DNA of 64,000 bases, from the NCBI GenBank assembly GCA_964035545.1, contig OZ037765.1:10736698-10800697 (forward strand). Direction: 5' to 3'. This DNA is from Bugula neritina. Taxonomy: Eukaryota; Animalia; Bryozoa. A program made the translations under genes and the position numbers. Below the pieces are notes generated by a model. It was not told the DNA's origin. It did no database searches and was given only the letters and a program-made list of their open reading frames with translations. Of this stretch, positions 1 through 12,400 are shown piece after piece; within the stretch, counting starts at the first letter, position 1, and each line of letters begins with the position of its first letter.

Positions 1-360
1 ACAAGACATAATGGTGATTTTTTATTGTGATTACATGCTACTTACAAAAGAGATACTGGAATTAATCATGTTCCCATGTCTTTTTTCCGTTAATATTAAT
101 AATGCATCATTGTGATAACAGTTTTTATTAAGCCATAACAATAAAATAAGTTTATTTTAAGGTTCTCCTACATTTTGCTTTTTGTATTTTATTTTATAAC
201 CTAGAAAATCTAGTTCAAAGTTTTCTGGTGTTTTTGCCAAAATTGACACAGCTAGAAAAAAAACCCACAATCTTTTGTTAAGAATTACATTCTAAATCAG
301 CTGTGCCACCCTGAGACTTTAACCGAAAATAAACATACATACTATAATTTGATAAACTAT

Positions 361-785
361 TGTGGTGGTTTGTAGAGTTATCCCCTCATTATATATAATT
401 TTATCTTTATTCGCACGCCTGTAATTTATGACTGCTCGCCCTTCAGTTTTGTTTTATTCTTGTTTCACTTATGTGAATCGGTCGCGACTGAAGTTCGGAT
501 TGTCGGTCGCCCGACTGACCGAATGTCAGTCATTCGGAACTCTGACATTCTGAACTTCGGCCGACGATCGGTTGAAAAGCTTCTGGAACAGGCCATGGTA
601 GTAGTATAAAAGGAGGCGAGTTTTAAACAGTAAGTCAGTTAAAGATTAAAGCTCTTACTGGAAGGTACTAATATATTATAATAAATCTCACTTTATTCAT
701 ACTACACAAGATTCTCTCATCTTTTACTACTCACAAGGAGTTATGGTCTCTGCCTGATTTCATTCAAAACCCACAAGTTACTACA
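361..785 (+). mobile_element. Probable solo LTR (Gypsy-like) in IFT20 intron 1
   Basis: Begins TGTGGTGG and ends TTACTACA (TG...CA, imperfect terminal inverted repeat). Flanks CTAT/CTAC resemble a 4-bp TSD with one mismatch. Contains a CpG-rich self-complementary block (~478-570), TATAAAA (~605) and AATAAA (~680) in U3-R-U5 order. Confidence 0.6.
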
Positions 786-1079
786 CTACTAGTCATTTAA
801 GGCCAAAATTAAATGCCTGACCAATCATTTGTTTATATAAATACATAATCATTGGTATGGTCACTATATTTGATTTTTTTTTCCTTTTGGTTTTAGCTCA
901 TTTGCTAACATTAAAAAAAGACATGGGTTTCCTTGGCATTTATATTTTTGATGACTAAAATAATCCTCAATAATAATTGTGATTAGTTTGTCACAGCAAT
1001 AGCAATGATTAAATGAATGATAATCATTGTTAGTATTAGTGCTATTGACTGTGAAAAAATTGAAATACATCAAAATGTT

Positions 1080-1700
1080 ACTCTAATAGTAATATTTATA
1101 GTATCAACGTAATTCAAACATGAAATTAGTCTGATATTTAATCTTATAGGTACAATAATAATATTAGTTATACTTATAACTTCAACTATAAGTTTTAGTT
1201 ATACTTTAGGTTCAGCTGTAATAATATTATTTTTTAGACAGTAACTGAACGTAATACTAAATCTAAGAGCTATAAGTATAGAACTTATCAGCCATAAGTT
1301 ACGACACTAACAGCAACGCAGTATAGTTATATTTATAACTACTAAACTAGGAGTATAAGTTTCCTATACTGAGTATCAGTATAACTATAAATAGGGGATT
1401 AACTCTAAGGCAAATTTAACTTAAAGCAGTGGTAGTACTGAAGTAAAGTGAGTAATTCCAACATAGTTTTATACTTATACTTATAGGTAATCTTATACTT
1501 ACAGTTATAACATTAATAATAATATTAATAATAGTTATAATAATAATATTAATCATATTTATAATAATTTAATATATAACTATTACTAATAGTAATACTA
1601 ATACAGTGAGTAGTACTAATACTAATACTAATACTATTACTAATAGTAATACTAATAGTATTAGTACTACTCACTGTATTAGTATTACTATTAAGTATTA
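1080..1700. repeat. Degenerate 6-bp-periodic AT-rich tract containing a 38-bp perfect inverted repeat
   Basis: Phased hexamers such as agttat/acttat/actaat/agtaat. Inverted arms at 1587-1624 and 1656-1693. Confidence 0.8.
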
Positions 1701-1739
1701 GTGTTTGCAGCCGCAATGTTTCCCATCTAAATCACTTAC

Positions 1740-1866
1740 TTTCTACAAAATCTTTACATTCTTCTTTAAGTTCTGTTGTTTGTTGAAACACCTCTGGTTC
1801 AAGAACCTTTATTGTATTCAACTCATCAAAGTGAAGACCAGCTTGAGCCAAAGCTTCGTCAGCCAT
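1740..1866 (-). CDS. IFT20: Intraflagellar transport protein 20, first coding exon; the rest lies left of the window
   Basis: Reverse strand translates as [42 protein letters not shown], followed by a GTAAGT donor. This matches the recalled IFT20 N-terminus ([27 protein letters not shown]). Missed by the ORF track. Confidence 0.93.
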
Positions 1867-2230
1867 GTTGTTACTAGGAATGCAACAGCTGCAATCTGCA
1901 GTATCCGTTTGAAAATATTTGTAGGCTAGAGTTTTAAATCTGCCAAGTTGTTAGGCTATTTTTCGGGGCGGGGATTTCCTTTTATATAACCAGACTCGGT
2001 CGACCTTTGTTCAACCCTGAGACTGTATTATCTCCGTCTTGCAGGTTTTTGTGGTGCTCTGGGTATACAAAAGTCTATTGCTTTTGCTAATAGAGCCACA
2101 ACACTTCATGACAACTGACTTGCATTTAATCATTCACTAACAACTTTTTTACGGATTTGCAGTTTTATTGGCATAAGGACTTTTTAATCGCTAGTTAAAG
2201 AGAACCAGAAGTAGAAGACGTAACATTCAC
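1867..2230. promoter_or_regulatory. Putative bidirectional promoter region IFT20/ACADSB
   Basis: Lies between divergent genes, with local CpG/GC enrichment (GGGGCGGG at ~1965) and periodic tracts on both sides. TSSs not mapped. Confidence 0.5.
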
Positions 2231-2723
2231 ATTCACATTGGAGTTTGGACTACCTCACGGTCAAGCTGAAGTAATAGTATACATTTTATGCACAGTGACA
2301 GGGACATTTGCATTCACACTGTGTAGTAGTCATGGCTTTAATGAGATCTTTAGTTACTGTAAGTTTTACCTTAATTTAATTGAAAAATCAATCATGCGAA
2401 TATCTTTTTTGTTTCAACTGCAGTTTGAGTTTAACGAACTACTTGAACTCGTAACCAGTTTGAGTTTGAGTTTGAGTCTCAAACAATCGCAATGGCCAAT
2501 GTTTATCATTATTATTAATATTATTATGACTTCCAGATTTGGTCTGAGATCATATGCCTAGCATTAATATGATAATGATATCATAATCAGTGACTTTCAC
2601 CATGACTCACAATTATAATACTAATAGACACGACTGAATGGTTATGTATGTCATTTTCGAACTAAACTTGAAATAAAAGTGATACTACAGCCTTTTGCCT
2701 GTACTATAGGTTACAAATATAAG

Positions 2724-2975
2724 TAGATCCTCGCATGTGCCTTTGTAGTGTAAATGTTATTACATTTACACTACAAAGGCACAAGACAAGTAGAACTAAA
2801 AATATTTGTGATGGTATATGGTGGCACAACTAGGGGCTAAAATAAGTGACTTGTGTGTAGCCTCTTCAGACTAATCGAATCATATCGATAATTAACCATT
2901 GCTATTACTAGTTCAATATCAGACTCAGTATTCATTGTGATGTCAGTCAGATACAAAGGCACATGTAAGGATCTA
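2724..2975. mobile_element. MITE-like element with 24-bp terminal inverted repeats
   Basis: TAGATCCTCGCATGTGCCTTTGTA (2724-2747) versus TACAAAGGCACATGTAAGGATCTA (2952-2975), 22/24 complementary. Internal perfect 22-bp hairpin at 2736-2783. Confidence 0.55.
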
Positions 2976-3361
2976 GCATCACATGTATAATCATACTTCA
3001 ATCTCAGGTGTAGTAACTCAGAATATTTACTAAAATTTAAGGTATAATAAAAACGAATTACTGTTACGATTATTTTATTTATTTAAATTGCTTTAGCTGC
3101 TCATTAGTTAGCTAGTAAGTAATTAACTCATAATCAAGAAAGTTTTAGATATATTTTATCGTTATTTTTACTTGCTGTTGTGTATATTGTGCTAAGGGTT
3201 ATATTGTTGCAAAGTGACTATTTGTTTTATACACTGTAATAGTTTAGTTTGTGGAAGATTTAGTAGGTTTCAACATGATTGGTAAATATGGGACATTGCT
3301 GATTTTTAATGGAAAAGAGATTTTCTAAAAATGGGAGTTGTTGCAGGCTTATATTTATGTA

Positions 3362-6300
3362 ATGTCGTCATTTGCTAAGACAGGTTTATTTACTCTTCGG
3401 TATTAAACATGAAATTGTATTTTTATAAGCTACAGTTTTATTTCATAACTAACTGATATGATAAATATACTAATTAATGGCAATAATTTGTATGTGTGAG
3501 CGTATAATATTTAATGTTAAAAATGCACGCACACTCACACGCATACACATAAGTTACTAATAGCATTAATATTATAGTTGAATTTGCAATTTTTACAATT
3601 TTCATTCTGTGCATATCTATTGTTGGATAATTCAAATAATAGTGTGAATTTTCATTTTTATGGCCTATTATAATGCATATTGAACATTTTCCCTCTATAA
3701 TGTAAAGCTTATATTAAATATTGTTATATTTCATTTTAGAAATTGTCTCCGCTTTGCTTAAAAAACAGCCAAAATGCAAGATTTTTATCAACAACAAAGA
3801 AATTATATTCTAATTCTTTGCTCACACTCAGTGAAGATGAAAAGATGATGCAGAGCACTGGTTAGCATTAATATCTTTTAGGATATCATAAAAAATATTG
3901 TTATTCAATAATGTAGCTGACATTTTTAATTTTATGTTGATTTAGTTTTAAATAGTTAATGTGTATTGCATTGATATATGTGAAAATACATTATTCTAGA
4001 TGTGCATTCTGGTGTACTTAGAGAGTATAAAATTTTTCTTATAGTGGAGAAAATCTGCCTGGATGTTATCGAACCACTTGTTCCAAAGATGGACCAAGAA
4101 GCAATGATGGACCCCACTATCATACAAACACTTTTTGAAAATGGTGTAAGCAATATGCTTTGCATTAAATAGTTTCATTTAAACTATTTTCAAACGCTGT
4201 GAACACACAGGTTTTTAACATAATCCTTATCTTTACCTTATAGTAACTGAGTTATAGTATATACATAACTGCATAGTAGTGCCATCCATATACATTTTAT
4301 GTTTTGTATGTTATTTAGTTGATGGGCGTAGAGGTTCCCACAAAATATGGTGGCGTGGGATCTTCATTCTTCACTTGTTGCCTCGTAATAGAAGAGTTAG
4401 CCAAAGTTGATCCAAGTGTCAGTGTTATGTGTGACGTACAAAACACGCTCCTCAACACACTTCTTTTGAAGTATGGAACAGAGGCTCAAAAACAGAAATA
4501 TCTGCCCAAGACAACTTCAGATACTGTGAGATATTAAACTATAATGTAGAAAACTTAGCCTTTATTCATATAAACATGAAAAGAGCCATGGAGTGATTAA
4601 TTTTTAGTATCATTATGCTAAAAATAGTTAATGCATAATAATTCCTATATATATTACTTACATACAGGTTGGAAGTTTCTGTCTATCTGAGGCCAGCTCT
4701 GGCTCAGATGCCTTTGCGTTAGAGGCATCTGCTGTTAAAGATGGTGATAATTGGATTCTAAATGGTGAGAAGATGTGGATCACCAACTCTGGAGAGGCTG
4801 GTGTGTTCTTAGTGTTTGCTAATGTCAACCCACCAAACAGTTCTCAACCAGTAAGTTATGCCCTGTTACACAATATTAACATATTTTACACTTCGCAACA
4901 AAATTTATCCTACTATTTTTTTATAGGGGTTTTTACTAGTCTTATGTGTACTCATATTAAAATAGTTCTGGTTGTATTTCTGCTGAAATAAATAAATCGT
5001 GGCTGCAGTAACAACTCTATTGTTTTTTCCCTTTTCTGGTGTCATCATTACTAACTAATTATTATTTTAGAGGTATAAAGGCATATAAATTACTTGTTAT
5101 TTTAGAGGCATAAAGGAATTTCTTGTTTTATTGTGGAGAAGGACAACCCTGGTTTGTCTCTGGGAAAGAGAGAGAATAAGCTCGGTATAAGAGCTTCCAG
5201 TACATGTCCTGTAATTCTAGACAATGTCAAGGTTAGCTGTTCTATTCATATACTTATTAAAGTTAATACAGATACAGGTATTGCAAACAGTGGTGTAATG
5301 AGCACCTGTGATCTTCCCTTTTGAGAAAGGAAGGCTATTTGACTGCAGTCACCCTTGTATTACAGTTTATACTATAAGGTTTTTTTTTCAGGTTTAGGAC
5401 TGTAAGCATTAATACAGTTTAATGTTTGCTTGTGTTTGTGTAGCTAACTCAACTTCCTGTGTTGAAGGTATCTTCAGAAGATGTACTTGGTGAGATTGGA
5501 CATGGTTATCGATATAGCATAGAGACTCTAAATGAAGGGAGAATAGCCATAGCTGGTCAGATGTTGGGTCTATCACAGGGTTGTATTGACAGAACCATAC
5601 CATACCTTAAGGAGCGTCACCAATTTGGTCAACCAATATATGGCTTTCAGGTATTTGAGCTTTATTTGTTTTGTATTTTAAATTTGTTTTTACTTTTTTG
5701 CCTTGGTTATAAGGGATGTTGAAAATGCAAAGCATTTTGGGGATAGAAAAAATGGTTTGTTGATCACTGAAATTGAGTAACAGTAATATTACCTAGCTTT
5801 TTGGGGGCATAACTGCAAACATGCCTTTTCAGGTAGCTTTTTTCTTGTGTAGCTGTAACATATGTGAGTTGGACATTTGTTTATGATATACAGTAGATTT
5901 TAGTTATGGTGTACTGTTTTGAAATATTTCACATGTGCTAAATTTCAAGTAAATGAGGTTTTTATTGATATGTTGGCTAATGAACTGAAAGGCCTCCTAT
6001 TCCAGTGACATATAGCTGCCTGTGTTATGTAAACTGCTGTATTCTCATTTACTTGCACAGTAGTCATGTCTATTTAAAATAGTAGTCATTTGCATAATTT
6101 GTGGGTTATCTAAGTAGTCCCTTTAGTGTTGGTTGTAAAGGCTACTGTTAGATCCTAGTCTTTTACAGATTGTAAAGGTAACATGGGTCATGTTGAAAGT
6201 GGGCATATTTTCCAGATTTCTTTTTCAAAATAATTCCCAGAAATTACTATATGCCTAGTTTCAGCGTTTTAATCTAAGGTTTTAAAAAAAATAGTTATTT

Positions 6301-7475
6301 ATTTACAAAAGTGGCTTAAATTTGCTTACTACAATTTGAAGTGGTTTGAGTTGTGTAAAATATTCTAAATTGGCTACTAACTTTCAAGTATATATATAAT
6401 ATATATTTATATAATGTTGGTTCATTGTAGACGGGTGCCTCATTGTCAGTTCAGTAGCTCCGTAGATGTTTACTCAGCTACGAAATAATATTTTATCAGT
6501 CATGGCTCCTTTATCAGAGTCTACACTAGTGTAGCTGATAGGCATTCGTACTGCTAACAACTCATTAACAAGTTTATATTTTGATGCAACATATAAGTGT
6601 TTAATCTAATTGTCAATATTTTGATAGTAAAAATGAAAAAACTTTTAGGTATGATTTATACAACACTATGTATGTTGATGGCATACTATCCTCTCGCATG
6701 CTAGCTTTCCTTAACATTGTCATTATGAACTATGATGATGGTCAGCATTAACAAAATGTTGTATTGTTTTCAACAGTCCATGCAACATCAAGTTGCGCAT
6801 GTCTCCACACAAATCGAGGCGGCAAGACTTCTTGTGTACAACGCTGCCAGAATGAAAGATGCCGGTCAAAATGTTGTAAAGGAGGCAGCAATGGCAAAAT
6901 ATTTCTGTGGAGAAGTACGTTATTTGTTTATACTATTTGAATTAATGAATGAAAATAATCATTGTCAATATTTTTCATTAACAGATGTGAAGTCTTGAAT
7001 GTAGGGAAACTGTCATTTAAATAGTTCAAAACAATTTACTTGTTTTACACAATTAATTTTCTTTTAATGTATCTCATTGATTGTTCTTTAAATGCTATGT
7101 TGGTTGGAAGTTGTCCTATCATTTGATGAAGAGGTACATTAAATAATATATTCATGTTACTAGGTGGCAACCCTAACCACCTCAAAGTGTGTAGAGTGGA
7201 TGGGCGGAGTAGGCTTTACCAAAGATTATCCCATTGAGAAATACTACAGAGACTGTAAGATAGGTTGGTAATACTTTATTACTTGTGTAGAATTTTAATT
7301 GCTTTGATTACTATTGCATTTGTTAAAAATAACTATTGTTGGAGACCTGTGTCTAAATGTTTGGATGAAGTATTTTTAGCTGCAAACCATATGTATTACT
7401 CCCTTTATATTTTCAGGATGCATATATGAAGGTACTACAAACATTCAACTGAATACCATTGCTAAGTACCTGTAA
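3362..7475 (+). CDS. ACADSB: Short/branched-chain acyl-CoA dehydrogenase, mitochondrial (about 10 coding exons)
   Basis: Spliced exons give [138 protein letters not shown], with the stop at 7473-7475. The start is tentative: exon 3362-3399 spliced to 3769 gives a presequence-like [20 protein letters not shown]. Confidence 0.93.
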
Positions 7476-7867
7476 TGGCCAGTAGCCTAGTGTCTATTAT
7501 ATCGAACTATGAAGAAGAGCGGAGTGGAACCCTGACCCACCCCATACTGTAATTGGTCACTCTTTGAAGTAGATAGAAAAATATGACTGATTGCATCTAT
7601 TTAATTCTGTTGATTGTGCTCTATACTCTATAAAATATTTTTAAAATAGCGTCCTGTTCCATTATATAAATAAATTGAAAAGTGATTAAATGCTTTATTT
7701 TAAAATACATTATTCTCTTATATTAATGTACGCACAAAGCAGTATTCCTTGAATCTTCACTGAAATTTATAGAGCACACCAAATCCATATAAGCAAACAG
7801 AACTTTGAGTATGAAACCAGGCAATATGAATTCTTATAATAGTAAGGCAATAGTTAACACAACCTTA

Positions 7868-9196
7868 TCACAGCAATGAGCTGATAGTGGTTAAAACAAG
7901 AGTGGCTGTACAAAGATGCAAGCTTGGACTTGAGTTAAAATAGTCTTCCTTCTTGAATGAGTATCTTAACATCTTAGAGGATTGTTGAAAGAACTTGTAC
8001 ATTGCTGTCAACAAGTCAAAGTTCTTAGCTGGCTACAATAGATATCATTGTGACCGCCTTTGAATTTGAATCTAACATATACAGTAATATCAAAGAGAGA
8101 ATGTCAATCATGAAATAGGCTGATATATTATCAGTAGGTTTTCTGCATTGTAACCTATATATAGCTATGATATGTTATTATAAATTAAAAGTAGGAATTA
8201 CCATCACAATATTGTCTTCTTGTGAAGCGAATTTCTCTTTTTTAAGAACCGTTGGAGGTGATCTTGGGGTAGTGCCGAGCAACTCTTTCGAGTCTTGTTG
8301 AGTTGTGCTGGATGGCTCTACAAAAATGATGTATGCAAGCATTGTACATAACAGTTGTTGGTGCAATTTTGTTGTAGACTTTGACTTTATTTTGGGTAAC
8401 TAACAAGACAAGCTAATATTAGCATGTTAGATGCACACATTTCCACTTACACAGTTATCATCATTGTATGCGAATTTTTAGAGTAATTGAGTTTATTTTG
8501 TAACTAGTATTACTAGAGGCAGATTGTTAAATATAACAAATAGAAAACTTGCTGCATTGAACATCGTAATGCGCTTATAATTTTATTTGCTATATAAATG
8601 CTATATAGAAATAATAGGGCATAGTTAGGTGCTTGAAACATGGCAACAATAAGCAGGCTGGATGTAATATTTTAAAACTTTCTTATAGTTAATGACAGAT
8701 TACCTTCAGTTGAAGTCGTTTTAAGCAACTCAGTGGTTGGAGTTGACTTTGTGGTGGAGAGAGACAAAGTTTTCAGCATTTCTCTGACAGAAACTTGTGA
8801 TGACCTCGTGACTATATGCTCTGTAACGTTGTTTGCTCTTTGTGAAAGCTGTGTGGTTCTGTTGACCAAATCAGTCTTTGCCGGTGCAGTACTCTTTCCT
8901 CTGGTAGTCTTTACAGCACATTTGCAAACTCTAGGGAATATTTTTAACATGGTGTGTGCTGGTGCTAGAGATGTGGTGGTAGTCGAGCTGTTGCTATGCA
9001 GCTCCATCATAGATTTTTTTGCTATGTTATCGGTAACTTTGACAGACTTAGTTGTATTCTCCTGGTTAGTTATAGAATTAAATCCATGGCTGCTGCTTCC
9101 GAGTTTCAAAGAATTTAGTTGTAAGCTACTTGTGTATGAACTTACAAATGCTGAACAAGAAATTAACAACTTTGTAATAATTTTCCACATAGTCAT
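7868..9196 (-). CDS. Orphan Ser/Thr-rich (mucin-like) secreted protein with a probable GPI-anchor signal, ~257 aa, 3 exons
   Basis: Exons 8704-9196, 8202-8317 and 7868-8032 join in phase with GT-AG boundaries. N-terminus MTMWKIITKLLISCSAFVSS is signal-like, the body is S/T-rich, and the C-terminus is ...FNSSPSLHLCTATLVLTTISSLL*. Confidence 0.6.
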
Positions 9197-9407
9197 ATTG
9201 TAATTTAGTTCTTACTATATTTATATAATTTTATTTAATTGGCACAAAATAAAAGAATTCTTACATTTCCCAACATTGGTTAAGGTTAATTGAAAAGCTG
9301 AATCATGCTATTGTATGACATAAAGTTAGAATGCTTGAAATGTTAACAATGGAATAAGTATGAGATGCTGTTTGTAAAGTTTTGCTCAGTTATATTTTCA
9401 TATCAAC

Positions 9408-12400
9408 TTATAAAGACAATTCTGAGGCAACCACAATATCAGGGAGTCTCTGTGTTTCAGTTGTTACTCTGGTTGCATAAGGCTGTTGGTTCATAAGGTC
9501 TAGAGTAAGGCGGTGGACTTTTTGTGGACACCTGTGGCGAATTTTATGTAGCCGACTAACCTGCAAGCAGTATATCATTGGGCTATAACTTTACAATGCT
9601 TGGGATGCATACAATGGCAGTAAATGATGATACAAAGGTTAATGAAGAGGCATGAGTTAGGCTTTATATATCTTTTGTTATGTTTCCGTTTTTATCATAG
9701 AAGTTTCCCCAGAAAATTAAAAAATTAGCTCAAAAGTTTGAAACATATATAGTAAAAGTATTGAAAAGTTGCATTGTATTTGTAATAAAAATGATCGCTA
9801 TGCTCAAGTATTGCTGTTCAATTAAATTTCAATTTGCTAATTAGTTTTTATTGAACACGAAGTTTGTTAATGATGCAACACATCAAACTTTAGTCATGGA
9901 AAAGATGCAGCATATAGCATATCGCACATTAACTAAGCGGATAAGCATTGCTAAAATAATATAATCAATATTTCTGTGTAAAACACTTTCACAGCACAAA
10001 TAAGCTCTTTAGTCACTTCTTTTCCTGAATGCTTCTGAACCGGGTTGCTACACACAGGTTTCATATTTAATTTATAATTGAGTAGTAATAGAGCATTTTA
10101 GACACTTATATTATTGCTCCACTAGTTATAGTAAATTAGTTGACATTTCATGTAAGAGCAGTTTTCACAACTCACATTTTGAATGTCAAAGAAATTTATA
10201 TCCAGTCTTTTAGCTATTTTCATTCCCAGAGTTCTCATAGCAGAATAATTTGTAGAATTTTCTAAACAGACAAAATCATGCATTAGTAGTAACTAGAAAA
10301 CTTATAATTAAGTTAGGTTTTCCAATATATGTTGAGGCCCAAACCTAAATATTATTACAAAAAAAAACAATTTTGTCTAAAGAAAATGATTAATCTATGG
10401 TTAATAGTAGTTATAATAATTATTGTAAAAAAATTTAAAAACTAAGTTTTGAATTATATGAAATAAATGACATAATTAGTTATTGATATGCTGAAATCAT
10501 AAACAGTATTGAAACTCTAAATGACTCTACACAACAGTTCAGCTACTACCTCACTATACACTTGGTTAGAGAATACAATGAGTTTAAATGACTGCTGATA
10601 CAAATGTTTTGCCTGCAGACCAATTTTCACCTCTAGCTTAAAAAATAGGCAGTTTCTTTGCTAGCAGAGTTTATAAAAATCACAAGAGCTGTCATAGGTT
10701 GTCATTGTTATCTCACCGAAAGTCAATATTATTTTTTAAAAAAAATAATTTTTTAAAGATAATATAAAATGAGTTGGTAAAAAAATACATATCCAATTGT
10801 GCATTTTTTGTTTATATTTGGGAAACAATCACAAATATTAATTATAACTGGTACTTACTAGACAAATCATAAGGTTCAATTCCATATCCGTCTAGCACTA
10901 ACTTTACCAGTATTCTATCATCACTGGCGACTTGTTTGGAGAGCCTGATGTAAATGTTATGAAAGTGACTTTCTTTGGCCAACTTGTCTCCAATAAAAAA
11001 CTGATATATTTGCCGATCAGCGATGAGCACGTATGTCCTTTGGTTGTAGTAGTTGCATATTCGGTATATCAGGACAATGTATACAAAGACATTCATCACC
11101 TGTAAATTGCAATTAATTATATTATACATTGGACAGTTGCTTCTTCTTTGTTTATACAAACTCTTGTTAACATTAGATTATGTTTAACTAATTGCAAACA
11201 TTGAAGAAATGCTTTGAAAGATAGAAACCGCTAATTTGATTTAACTTTGTATAATATTGTGCTAGCAATTACTTTTGGATGAAAGATAGCTTATTATAGT
11301 TATTGCCATGCAATTAGTCATATAGATGTATATTTTATTAAAAAAATCTTTACTTGCTGAAAACAGTTATGTCACTTAAAAATCTATGAAAATGGCGTGA
11401 TAAGAAATACAGGTTGGGCTCGAATAATACCACAATAAATTAGTTACTTTCAATTGAATTATTATAATTTTCTAAGCCATTTTTAGTCTTGCGAAATCCA
11501 AATGTATTGCAAGTAAATTAGACTTACTCTAGGCCTAACATGTCAACATTGTAATTTGCATAAACAATTTTATTTGCCAATATCACAATTTTTTACACTT
11601 CTGCCAAAAAACTTACCAAGACATTTTGTTCTTCAGAAACAAAGAGCAGGAAATAGGCGGCAATTAAGGTATTGACGAAAAGTATAGCCAATGCATAATA
11701 GAATTTGACAACTCGAGTTTTGAGCTGGTATACATTGCTCTTCATTTCTTTAAAAGGCCAGAATGGATTCTTTTTAATTTCATTGAGAACCTGTAAATAT
11801 AATGTCAACAAATATATACGATTAGGGCAATAATAAATTCTAGTATAAATGGGAAAATTTTATAAGGCCTGTATAATGAAAGAAGTAAATTACATCTTAT
11901 GGTATTATAATTATTTATAGCAAATACAATATAAGATATTATTTATATAATTTTATTTGAATCAACATAAAAGCAGTTGCATGAAATAATAATGCATAGC
12001 AGTCAAAAATATTTTTTGTAAAACAATGATAGCTGCACAAATACTCTACACAAATCAATGTTGGAAAAGGAATCTATCCTGTTGTTGTTTTGCCTCTTCA
12101 CACTATTTCCACTTTTTCAATGCCTTATCATTTATTAGGCATTGTTTTGTAAGTCTAATTTTTTGCTGAAATTTAGGGAAGGCAAATTTTTGTATTTTGT
12201 ACTCGATAACTAATCAATTTTATAGTTCAAAATATTTTCTTTTTTCTTGTTTTTTGAGTAGTAAAGCAGTTCAAATCAATGATACAACCTTATTTTTTAG
12301 TTTTAGCATTTCAAATTTGCACATATTTAAAAGATAATGTATAATAATAAACTTTATCGTAGCATATTTCAGCTATAGGTAACTAAATTGCTTTCAAATG

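Noticed and set aside
1990-2110. Possible H/ACA snoRNA-like double hairpin ending in ACA
   Set aside because: Stems are short and imperfect with no convincing H box; more simply a 5' UTR segment. An Rfam/Infernal search would decide.
3275-3281. ATGATTG|GTAAAT as the ACADSB start exon
   Set aside because: Phase-1 donor is incompatible with both candidate acceptors (3740 phase 0, 3769 phase 2).
8733-9203. 156-aa plus-strand hydrophobic ORF
   Set aside because: Antisense shadow of the Thr/Ser-rich exon on the minus strand; non-ATG start and no splice support.
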